In this document: in pieces, positions 1-8,681 of the stretch
Layout of the letters: the number at the start of each line of letters is the position of its first letter
How positions within the stretch are numbered: the stretch's first letter is position 1
NCBI RefSeq assembly: GCF_004010195.1
Contig: NC_057757.1
Coordinates: 1,533,614 to 1,553,613 of the forward strand
Direction: 5' to 3'
Source of the DNA: Chiloscyllium plagiosum
Taxonomy: Eukaryota
DNA length: 20,000 nt
The notes under the pieces: model-generated
Told to the model about the DNA's origin: nothing
The model's database searches: none
The model's input: the letters and a program-made list of their open reading frames with translations, nothing else
Position numbers and translations under genes: made by a program

Positions 1-553
1 GCAAATTGACAGTTCTGCTAAAGCTGCATAAAATGGCTTTTTATTTTACTAACTGCTAATTCTGCTATAACTGCATAAGTGACTAACCACAGTCTGTTTC
101 AATAGAGATTAGCAGATAATACTCCCTTTACGCACAGAAATAACTAGACTAGATAAGACATTACTGGCCACCTTCAGATGTAGGTGCAATGGCTAGGTTT
201 GTGAGATAAGGGTAGCCTGAGTATTGGAAAATAAAGTTGGTTCCCAGGAAATATCATTGGACTGAGTAACTGTCAAATAAAGCAGTATCATGTATTGATT
301 GATAATTGTTTGAATATACTGTGTGCTCATGGCTTGTATCCAAATGTCTTTGTGTTAAGCCATGTGTGCAGCTCCTCTGAGGAACACGGAAGTGCACAAC
401 CTCTGTGTTTCTGGACGCTCTATGCCCAGCCATATGAAGAAATAAAGAATGAAGTCTTAAAGACTCAGACTGATTGTGAGTGCTTATTGGCTGATCACAG
501 AACAGAGAAAAAGAGAGACACCCCCCGCCCCCCCATCAGGGTCCAGATCTTCA
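1..553 (+). repeat. 5' LTR (start lies about 137 bp upstream of the window; full length about 690 bp)
   Basis: Matches the 3' copy from 8369. Ends TCAGGGTCCAGATCTTCA, an imperfect inverted repeat of the 3' LTR start TGAGGATCTGAACCTGA (TG...CA termini). Candidate polyA signal AATAAA at 441-446. Confidence 0.9.
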
Positions 554-573
554 TCGCGTGCCATGAGTCAGAC
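554..573 (+). promoter_or_regulatory. Degenerate primer binding site, probably tRNA-His
   Basis: Directly after the LTR-terminal CA. 558-573 GTGCCATGAGTCAGAC matches 12/16 to GTGCCGTGACTCGGAT of the tRNA-His PBS (TGGTGCCGTGACTCGGAT); two mismatches are CpG-type transitions. Confidence 0.7.
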
Positions 574-752
574 TTGGTACGGATGGATTGTGGGCACCGG
601 TGTAAGACCCTTGAGTCCTCCACTATAGAGTGTAGAGGAATCAGCTGACCAGACATGAGTATATTCTCCATTTGGTTTTCCTCTCATTCAAGTCACGGTT
701 GACTCGACCCCTCACTGCTTATCATCTCAATCCAGCCTGAGAAGGATCGGTC

Positions 753-761
753 TTGGTAAGA
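753..761 (+). promoter_or_regulatory. Candidate major splice donor
   Basis: TTG|GTAAGA about 200 nt downstream of the LTR, in the position expected for a retroviral major splice donor. Confidence 0.45.
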
Positions 762-784
762 ATTCGTTCAGAAAAAATTAAAAA

Positions 785-1157
785 GGAGTCGGGAACTCAC
801 ATAAAGATCGGGGACCTACAGATTGGGGATCCGGAATAAAGTCAGGGACTCTAAAGATTAAAAAGGAGTTGGGGACTCCAGGGAGTCGGGGACTCCACTT
901 AAAAGGCTGGGGACCTATGGATCAGGGATCCAGAATAGAGGCATGGACTCTAAACATTATAAACGAGTTGGGGACTCCACTTACAGGTCGGGGACCTGCG
1001 GATCGGAGATGCGGAATAGAGTCAGGGACTCTAAAGATCATAAAGGAGTCTGGAACTCCAGGGAGTCAGGGACTCCACATAAAGTTCCGGGACCTGTGGA
1101 TCGGGGATCTGGAATAGAGTCGGGGACTCTAACATTAAATAAACAAGTTAGGGACCT
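785..1157 (+). repeat. Tandem array of about 19 short stem-GGG-stem hairpin units in the retroviral leader
   Basis: Units such as GGAGTC-GGG-GACTCC (882-896), CAGGTC-GGG-GACCTG (984-998), TGGATC-AGG-GATCCA (918-932) and TAGAGTC-GGG-GACTCTA (1115-1131), arranged in four 80-100 bp modules with a higher-order period of about 180 bp. Confidence 0.9.
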
Positions 1158-3044
1158 GAGTAAGGAAGTACAAATTAATCAGGGGCTCAAATTCGGTCAA
1201 ATTGGAGTTGTCTAAATTGATTTCCAAATTATTCTGTGAAAGACAAAACAAAGATGTTTCGCGATATATGTCAGTTTTAGAATGTTTTGCAGAAATCATT
1301 AGTCTTGTTCGTTGTTGGGTTGTTGATTAGTGAAAGTTTCAAGTCGAGATTATCTTCTCTGTTTGACTTGGCTTGTCTTGCTTTGCTGCTTTGTCTTGTT
1401 GTCTGCTATGGTTTTGTTCTAGTTGTTTTGGTGTTTGTTCTTTGTTTATGAAATATAGAGGATGGTTGCTACTTTTGTCGCGTTTAAAAAGAAAAGCCGG
1501 CCAGTGATACAATTCTCACACATTTTGTTAAGCAGCTATGTGCCACAGCCAGATTTAAGCTAAACTCCCTAATTTTGACAGTTCTGGAATGTGAGTGCCT
1601 CATTACCCTTAAAATGTTCATAAGTGTGTATGTGAGAGAGAGAGAGACAGAGGCCAAGACTCAGTGCTGATTCACTGCAGCTTGCAGAAAGTTTAACCCT
1701 TTGAGATTTGGTTTGAATGTACTTTTGCTTGTTGGTGATTGAATGTTTGTCTTTTGTTCCCTGGAGCTCGAGATCCGGGACTGTTTTGAATTTGATTTAC
1801 ATATTGGGAATTTAGCATGATTTCAAGGTTAAGGATCCATCAGTGATTATGAAATGAAATATTAGCCCCTGTTCTTTTTACAGGCCATGACTGCCCTACT
1901 GTCAATTTCTAACTAATCACTTTTATGCTACATCAACGCCAATCTTATTTAATTTCTAACCAGTTTAATATGGCGGAAGACAACATTATAATCTTTTTTA
2001 GAAAGTCTTCTCCTTCGATTCTGCATCATTTGACATCAGTATAAACTTGCTGTCAAATTCCCCATAATTTCATGCTACTACCAAAGATCATTTCCATCCC
2101 TCTCACCCCTACGTGTTGTACTAATGAAAGAATTGACTAAAGGAAGTAAAGCAGTAGTACTAAATCTGGGCCTCGGGTGCAGAATCATTCTGTTCCAGGA
2201 TGAGAGTAGGTCAATGCTCAACTTTAGTTATAATCTAAACCTAACATTGAGGAAAATCACTTCAGACTTCAACATTTGCATGAACCTTATTTCATTTAGT
2301 TAAATTTTGTAAAACTGAAAGTATAAAGATAGATCCAAAATATCCCATAACAACAGCATTGTTTTCAGAAAATGATACTAGAGATTTAATTTTTGTTTCA
2401 GACTCGTTTGTTTCCACTTAATTTTAAGGCTGTTGTGTCTCATTGGTGATTATGGTGTGCCAGTCGTAGCTTTATTTTATCTCAATTTTCCTCCCTCAAT
2501 GACAAATGAATTTTCAGTTCAACATTATGTTGTAGTAAATCATGTAACAAAATTAACATCTTATTGTTAATATCTGTGTCTTTGGATTCGGCGATTACTT
2601 GTGCATTAGAAGTTTTTTCTTACCATGTGAGTAGACAAGACCTTTGAGGCAGCTGCAGTTATTTCACGGCCGATAGCATTGTAAATGAGCAATGACTGGC
2701 CAGGACTGCTTAAGGAATCTAATCTGGGATCTACATTAAGGGACTAGAACAAGGTAATTATAATGGATTTCAGAGTTGAAAACTGTATACATTTTACATT
2801 TTAAATATTGAATACTGAATAAATGAATTTCCAATTTATACTGATAACTTGTAAAATGTCTTAGCCACTTGTTCAGTTTCCACCTCTGAATTACAGATAA
2901 TGATTATTTTATTTATTATTTTTTGATAATCAATTGTTTTGGCCCTGAATCACAAAATCAGAATTAATTGGCAGGATCGCTTGGCTTTATCCCTTTACAC
3001 ATTGTCAGTGACCTGTCTCATTGCCTCACAGTTAATTTGAAGTA

Positions 3045-4360
3045 TGGTTGCATTAATTCGTTGCTAACTAAAGAAAGGAAAGATACCTTACTGGCCAGAT
3101 GACGGTATTCTACATTTGATTGGGGGATAGAGGTATGTATAGCAGATGGAACTCCCAAACGCTGGGAGGTGTTCATAGCTGACTGTGAATGGGGAGATGA
3201 AAGAATAAAAGGGACATGAGAAACAGTATCAGGCCACTAAAGCTAAGGAAAATACAAACAGGGTTAAAGGGTTAAAGCAACAATGCTGTAAAATAAAGAA
3301 CATAGATTCTACTCGGAATCCCAAGCCTATGTCTGGCATACTGACCCTCTTTGAGGATGGGGATTTTATTCTTGGATATCTGCTAAGCCCCTGACATCTC
3401 CTGATTGTCCCCAGCACACACACACACACCCTCCCCTTTCCTTCTTTTGAAAATGAAGCATCCAGTCTTCGTAGCCGATATCATGGGGATGAGTGGCCTG
3501 CGCCATCCTAAACCAGGGCCCATCCTGGGAACCAGAGTAATGTTGATGAAGCATGCCCCTGACCGCAAGAACAAACCAGCCCAGTTTGCTCAATACGTCC
3601 AAAGGACGATACACATGTAAATGCAGTAAAATTCTGGGAGTAGCCTGAATGTGAATGGCTTGCGTTATAAAACTGAAATATGTAGCCATCTAGATTAGAT
3701 TAGATTAAATTACTTACAGTGTGGAAACAGGCCCTTCAGCCCAACAAGTCCACACCGACCTGCCGAAGCGCAACCCACCCAGACCCATTCCCCTACATTT
3801 ACTCCTTCACCTAACACTATGGGCAATTTAGCATGGCCAATTCACCCAACCTGCATCTGTCTGATGGAAGTGGTGTACAATTGAAAAAATAATCAAGAAG
3901 CTGAGTCATGTTTGTTTAACCCTGTGCTTTTGCAATGTTTTCCTCCTGGTGTCATTGACATGATCCAGACAAACCATATGAACTAGTCCAGGAATTTCCA
4001 GTCGCAAATGAGGTGAGCAGTGGTTTTCTATTGGGACGGCCAGTATCAGACTGAACCATGATACAAGTTACAGGTAAAACCGATTGTATCCAGCACCCTC
4101 GCGATCCCCAATATCATGTGTCAGCCCCAACGGGGTTGATTGGGACCAGCATACCCAGTGCTGGTGGAAACTACCTCAGATGCCCACCCAGCGACCTCTG
4201 CTGAGCAACCCTTTCCCGAGGGAACCCTGGAAATGGGGTCAGGCAGGCTTCAGAATTACACCTTTGTGACTGGAAACAAGACAGCAAAACCTTTCAGGGA
4301 CAAATGGCTGGCCCTTGCTTTAACTGTGGAAATATGGCCACTTGAGAGTGATGTGTCTTT
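3045..4360 (+). pseudogene. gag: gag remnant (MA fragment, CA C-terminal-like region, single NC zinc knuckle), interrupted by a SINE
   Basis: KKGKIPYWPDDG/TFD at about 3071-3120 resembles the gammaretroviral MA motif WPxDGTF. CFNCG(K)YGHLRVMC at 4316-4356 is CX2CX4HX4C after repairing a 1-nt deletion. Boundaries approximate. Confidence 0.75.
3690..3858 (-). mobile_element. 5'-truncated shark SINE (HE1/V-SINE-like) inserted in gag
   Basis: (TAGAT)n tail followed by CTTACAGTGTGGAAACAGGCCCTTCAGCCCAACAAGTCCACAC, the reverse complement of the 3' half of the SINE at 17340-17635. Confidence 0.9.
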
Positions 4361-4400
4361 AATGTTACCTTGGAGCTAATGTAGGGAATCGACATGCTTA

Positions 4401-4630
4401 CAAAAGGAATATCTGCTAATATACACTGACTCTTAGTTGTGCTTTTGATGTGACCCACCATTTTGGTGCCTTGTGGGAACATAGAGGATTTTTACCCTCC
4501 ACGAGGTGGCATTACAGTAATGTTGTTTTGTCCAACCTGTCAGTTATCAAGATGTTCGGCTCACACTGACACCACTGATAGTGTCCAAAGTAATGAGCAG
4601 ATGGATGCTGCTGCCAAGCAGGCAGCCTTA
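4401..4630 (+). pseudogene. pol: pol remnant: C-terminal part of RNase H
   Basis: Frameshifted KGISANI-TDS-CAFDVTHHFGALWEHRGFL (cf. NIYTDSRYAFGxxHxFGxLWxxRGFL) and CSAHT...NEQMDAAAKQAAL (cf. CxAHT...GNxxADxAAKxAA). Confidence 0.9.
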
Positions 4631-4699
4631 CACCCCAAAACGTCTGGTCCCATTGTGCCTCCAGCAAAACCTGAATAGAGACAATATGGGGACAGGTGT

Positions 4700-5330
4700 G
4701 CCAGACCTGGGTATGGTACAGAAATCACAGGGAAAGCCCCCTGCTGAAGAGCACAAACTATGGCCTCAAATAGGGTACTCCCTCGATACTCAAACCAAAA
4801 TGTGGGTGACTCCTGCTGGACATGTTTGTGTTTCTTCTTTGCTGCTGCCTATTTTGGTTGATTATGTACATTATTGTACACACTTGGGCAAGGAAGGAAT
4901 GGTTAATACTTTTACAAACTTGGTGGCATGCAGATTTTCAGAAAGCAGCTAGAAAAAGAGCTGCGGTGTGTTTAATTTTTAAGCAAACAAGACACATGCT
5001 GTAAAAGGTTGTTAACCACTTCCTTGCCTAGTGGGCCTTTTTTACTTGTCTACAGCTTGCTTTTAAAGAATTACCTCACATACATTGTTATGAATATTGG
5101 CTAATAATAGTAAATGTTTTTAGTAGATGAATCAAAATCACCCCAATGACTGATACTGCTGCCACTATAGTGGTGGACAGGTGAGAAGTATTTGCATCAG
5201 TAACCAGAATTAAATTGGAGCCTAGGTGGAAAGACCTGTTCCTAGTCCGGCTGGTCACCCGTGCAGCAGTCAAGACCAAGGGAAAGCTGCATAGACGCAT
5301 GGGATGCAGTGCAAGAGAACACCGCCCCAA
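4700..5330 (+). pseudogene. pol: pol remnant: integrase Zn-binding domain, start of the catalytic core, then C-terminal domain (most of the core deleted)
   Basis: VHYCTHLGKEGM...TWWHADFQKAARKRAAVCLI (HHCC region); PSGPF..LQLAFKELP..YEYWLIIVNVFSR*I (core start); jump at about 5175 to RIKLEPRWKDLFLVRLVTRAAVKTKGK...HGMQCKR (CTD). Confidence 0.9.
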
Positions 5331-5491
5331 GGAGAAAATCTATTGATTAATGCTTTGTTACCTGCAAAACCCACGACCACAGATGTCCCCAATTGACTGT
5401 TTTTGCAATTATTATATTGTTTTTAATTGTCCTCGGTATAACCTGGTGGCCTCTACTAAGAAAGAACTGCATTTTAATACTTTCCTTTCAG

Positions 5492-5660
5492 CTGCTCCCC
5501 TCCCTCGACAATGGTCCGGCTGTTGGACCTGGCTCATTCATTCTCATCAAGAATTGGACACACTGCAGCCTCCAACCTCGACGACAGGGGCTCTGCCAGG
5601 TTCTCCTCACCACCCCTACTGCTCTTAAGGTTGCTGGGCATCTCCATCATTGCAAGATCA
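5492..5660 (+). pseudogene. Second, divergent integrase C-terminal domain preceding env
   Basis: PGSFILIKNWTHCSLQPRRQGLCQVLLTTPTALKVAG-HLHHCK matches the gamma-type IN CTD pattern PGDxVLIKxW...LQPRWxGPYQVLLTTPTAxKV...WIHxxHxK. Preceded by the splice-acceptor-like CTTTCCTTTCAG (5480-5491). Confidence 0.85.
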
Positions 5661-6226
5661 TCGGACGAGCCCCTTGCAAGGGGAGAGATGATGAAGATCA
5701 AACTTAACCTGTTGTGTGGACTCATCATCATCGGCATTAATGCTCAAGAATGGACTATTTATCAGTGTGATCCTAAGCAACCAGAGACTGTATACCATTT
5801 GTGCCGAAAAGATGTCCTTGTGTGCCAAGAGACTGATTCCTTCGATGCATGAAACATTACCAAGAATAACCGTCGCAATGGTCAACTGCATCAAGAAGAT
5901 CGGACAGTTCATTTACAGGACAAGTCTCAATGGTCTTTACCCTGTCAAGGTGTTTTATACCAGTTTGATTTCAGTTGTGCTATGGGCAGCCCTGGTAAGC
6001 TTTGACCCGATCCAAATAGGTCTCAATCTGCACGCCACAAAAGAGAAAAGTGGAAATGTCGTCTTTCACTAACAATTTCTTTTTTTGAAGTCATAATAAA
6101 ATATTCAGCCAGGATGTTACGCCCTCTCAGCAGCAAAGGACTCTTTGACCCTTTCCCCCTTCCGAATCCTAATGACGGAGTATGGAATACTTCTAAGGCG
6201 TTTACCAGACATAATGTTTCCTTTGA

Positions 6227-6466
6227 GGAGAAAGTGAGGACTGCAGATGCTGGAGATCAGAGCTGAAAATGTGTTGCTGGAAAAGCGCAGCAGGTCAGGC
6301 AGCATCCATGGAACAGGAGAATCAACGTTTCGGGCATAAGCCCTTCTTTAGGAATCTTCAGGAAGCGCACAGATTCCTGAAAAAGGGCTTATGCCCGAAA
6401 TGTCGATTCTCCTGTTCCTTGGATGCTGCCTGACCTGCTGCGCTTTTCCAGCAACACATTTTCAGC
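6227..6466. mobile_element. Fold-back non-autonomous Penelope-derived element inserted in env
   Basis: Perfect 17-bp TSD CATAATGTTTCCTTTGA (6210-6226, 6467-6483); long internal inverted repeat; homologous to the terminus of the Penelope element at 11147-11280. Confidence 0.9.
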
Positions 6467-7172
6467 CATAATGTTTCCTTTGATTATTATTTATCCCCAC
6501 CTGCTGTCTGTTTGTGGACATCCTCTCATAAGTCCAGAGTAGCATATCCAAATTGTTACAACGGTACGGGATGGGAGTGCACTTACGTGAATGTGACTAA
6601 GACTATTCCATGTGCCTTGGTCAAAAGTAACAACCACTACTGCTCCCCTGTGGGGCCTCTCATCTCATGCATATGCCTACAGGAAGAGTGTGTCTCTGTT
6701 AGTGCAGATATTCAGGCTGTATGTGATATGGGTAACAGCACCGCCCACCTTCACTATGAGATCTCTAATGGCACTTCCATCTTCCCAGTTGTGGGATGGA
6801 AGGAACCAGTCTGGGACGATAACCTTACCTCTTACAAGAAGACCCATCTCTTTTTATTGAACATCTTTCACCCTAAGCGCCCAGGGCAACCATACTTTGT
6901 AGCCATGGACTACCTGTTCGTTTGGGGTAGTCACAAAGATAGGCCTGCTTCTTATTGGGAAGCCCCATCCATTATCTGTACTAAATCTGGTTATTGATTT
7001 TTCAGCCAAGGCAAAGTGACTAACTTCCTTGTTCTTAATGAAATAGGTACTCCCCGTGCTGTAGCTGAGGGATACTTCTATAGAACCATCTATAGAATCC
7101 ATCTACCATGCCCGCTGTCAAGGAAAGGCCGCAAGCATTCTCAAAAATCCATCCCACCCTGGCAATGTTTTT

Positions 7173-7449
7173 CTACCATCAGGAAGAAGGTACAGAAGCC
7201 TGAACACATGCACCAGCCAGTTTCGGAACAGTTTCTACCCTACTGTTAGAATACTGAATGGACTCTCAAACTTTTAACATTTGCCTGAACCTGTGTTTTT
7301 GTTTTTGCTGCTGTTTATCTTTTATTTACTTAGCTATGCTATTTAACTCTGTGATCTGCCTGTATTGCTCATAAGGCAAAGTTTTTCACTGTGCCTCGGT
7401 ACACGTGACAATAAATCCAATTCAATCCAATTCAGTTCAATTCAATTCA
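7173..7449 (+). mobile_element. 3' end of a Rex1/Babar-like LINE inserted in env
   Basis: Encodes LPSGRRYRSLNTCTSQFRNSFYPTVRILN*, typical of the Rex1-type ORF C-terminus; AATAAA then a (TTCAA)n tail; TTTTTC on both sides (7168-7173, 7450-7455). Confidence 0.8.
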
Positions 7450-8219
7450 TTTTTCCCGATTACTGTTCCCTGGTCCAACTACCTGGGAATGGGGTTGGGG
7501 TTTCCCTACCAAACGTTCAGTTTCACCTGAATTCTGCACATATTGGAGGGATGCTAAGGCTTTGGGCAACAGTAAAGCCCAGTCTGTGGGCTACACATTT
7601 CTTAGTGCTTTTTCCTTAGGAGGATCTGCAGGAATTATTAGCCACCCAAATTGAAATTATATTATTTGCGGTCTCACCCTCTTGGGCAACAAGACTGCCT
7701 CGGCCTTAGCAGGAGTTAAGGGTATGCTCTCAGAATTATGTCTATTTTCCGGTATGCTCTCGACTACCTACTCACCAAACAGGGTGGGGTTTGCGCCATA
7801 GTGAAGGGCAAATGTATGATGGGGGTTACCAGCCTCATCGAGAATATTAACAAGCATGTGGATAACATCCGCACCTTCGTCAGTTAAATGACAGAAGACT
7901 CTGGATGGGGAGATTGGGGTGTTGACTCATGGTACAACTGGTTGATAAATCTATGTATATTGGTATTATTTTAATTTGTCTCTTTGCTGGCATTGCTATA
8001 GTTAAATGTATTATTGTTAAGTTAATGAATTCTGTTGACAACATCAGTTCCCCCCAGAAAATGCTTCTTCTCTATCCAAGTGAAGGTGAGGAGGAGCAGT
8101 TGCCCACCCCTGCTTCCTCGGAGGAGGAGGAGGAGGAGGTATGGCAGGCTCTAGCATCCGTTCGATTGGACTAAACTAATCTATGCCCTCCCTCCTACGG
8201 TGTGATCATTGGAATGACC

Positions 8220-8231
8220 AAAAGGGGGAGA
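8220..8231 (+). promoter_or_regulatory. Polypurine tract
   Basis: AAAAGGGGGAGA immediately before the TG of the 3' LTR. Confidence 0.9.
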
Positions 8232-8681
8232 TGAGGATCTGAACCTGAATACTGGCTGAGGTAACTAGTTGTTGTCAAGAACAACCACTTAATAGATGCT
8301 CTTAATAACTTAGGTGGCAACAAGATGGCCTCTCGATGCAAATATCATGACAAAATGGCTTCGAGGCTGCAAATTGACAATTCTGCTAAAGCTGCATAAA
8401 TGGCTTTTAAGTTACTAACTGCTAATTCTGCTATAACTGCATAAGTGACTAACCACAGTCTGTTTCAATAGAGATTAGCAGATAATACTCCCTTTACGCA
8501 CAGAAATAACTAGACTAGATAAGACATTACTGGCCACCTTCAGATGTAGGTGCAATGGCTAGGTTTGTGAGATAAGGGTAGCCTGAGTATTGGAAAATAA
8601 AGTTGGTTCCCAGGAAATATCATTGGACTGAGTAACTGTCAAATAAAGCAGTATCATGTATTGATTGATGATTGATAATTG
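8232..8681 (+). repeat. 3' LTR, truncated (lacks the last about 245 bp)
   Basis: Starts TGAGGATCTG after the PPT; 8369-8681 aligns to 1-308, then homology stops abruptly at CR1 sequence. Confidence 0.92.

Larger units (their letters stand above)
5688..8174 (+). pseudogene. env: env pseudogene (signal peptide, Cys-rich SU, TM with immunosuppressive domain, membrane anchor, acidic tail); two nested insertions
   Basis: MMKIKLNLLCGLIIIGINA signal-like start; Cys- and NxS/T-rich ORF 6512-6997; PTKR/SV cleavage-like site 7505-7516; RYALDYLLTKQGGVCAIVKGKC at 7750-7815; anchor YIGIILICLFAGIAIVKC; stop at 8174 just before the PPT. Confidence 0.92.
1..8681 (+). mobile_element. Degraded, internally deleted endogenous retrovirus (gamma/epsilon-like), LTR-PBS-gag-pol(partial)-env-PPT-LTR
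   Basis: Direct repeat 1-308 vs 8369-8681; LTR terminal inverted repeats; PBS, PPT, Gag CCHC, RNase H, integrase and Env TM motifs in the expected order, all broken by stops and frameshifts. Confidence 0.95.

Noticed and set aside
295..648. 117-aa ORF across the LTR and PBS
   Set aside because: Non-ATG start, crosses U5/PBS and has no recognisable motif; likely chance.
785..1157. CRISPR-like array or coding repeat (ORFs 869-1117, 943-1215)
   Set aside because: Eukaryotic ERV context, no unique spacers and no cas genes; the ORFs are by-products of the repeat.
1634..1652. (GA)n tract; also (CA)n at about 3415-3429
   Set aside because: Short, ordinary microsatellites.
7120..7131. RKGR as the SU/TM cleavage site
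   Set aside because: Poor furin consensus and too far upstream; PTKR at 7505-7516 is in frame with the fusion-peptide-like region and fits better.
5688..8174. Domesticated syncytin-like env
   Set aside because: Multiple stops and frameshifts plus two TE insertions; not intact.
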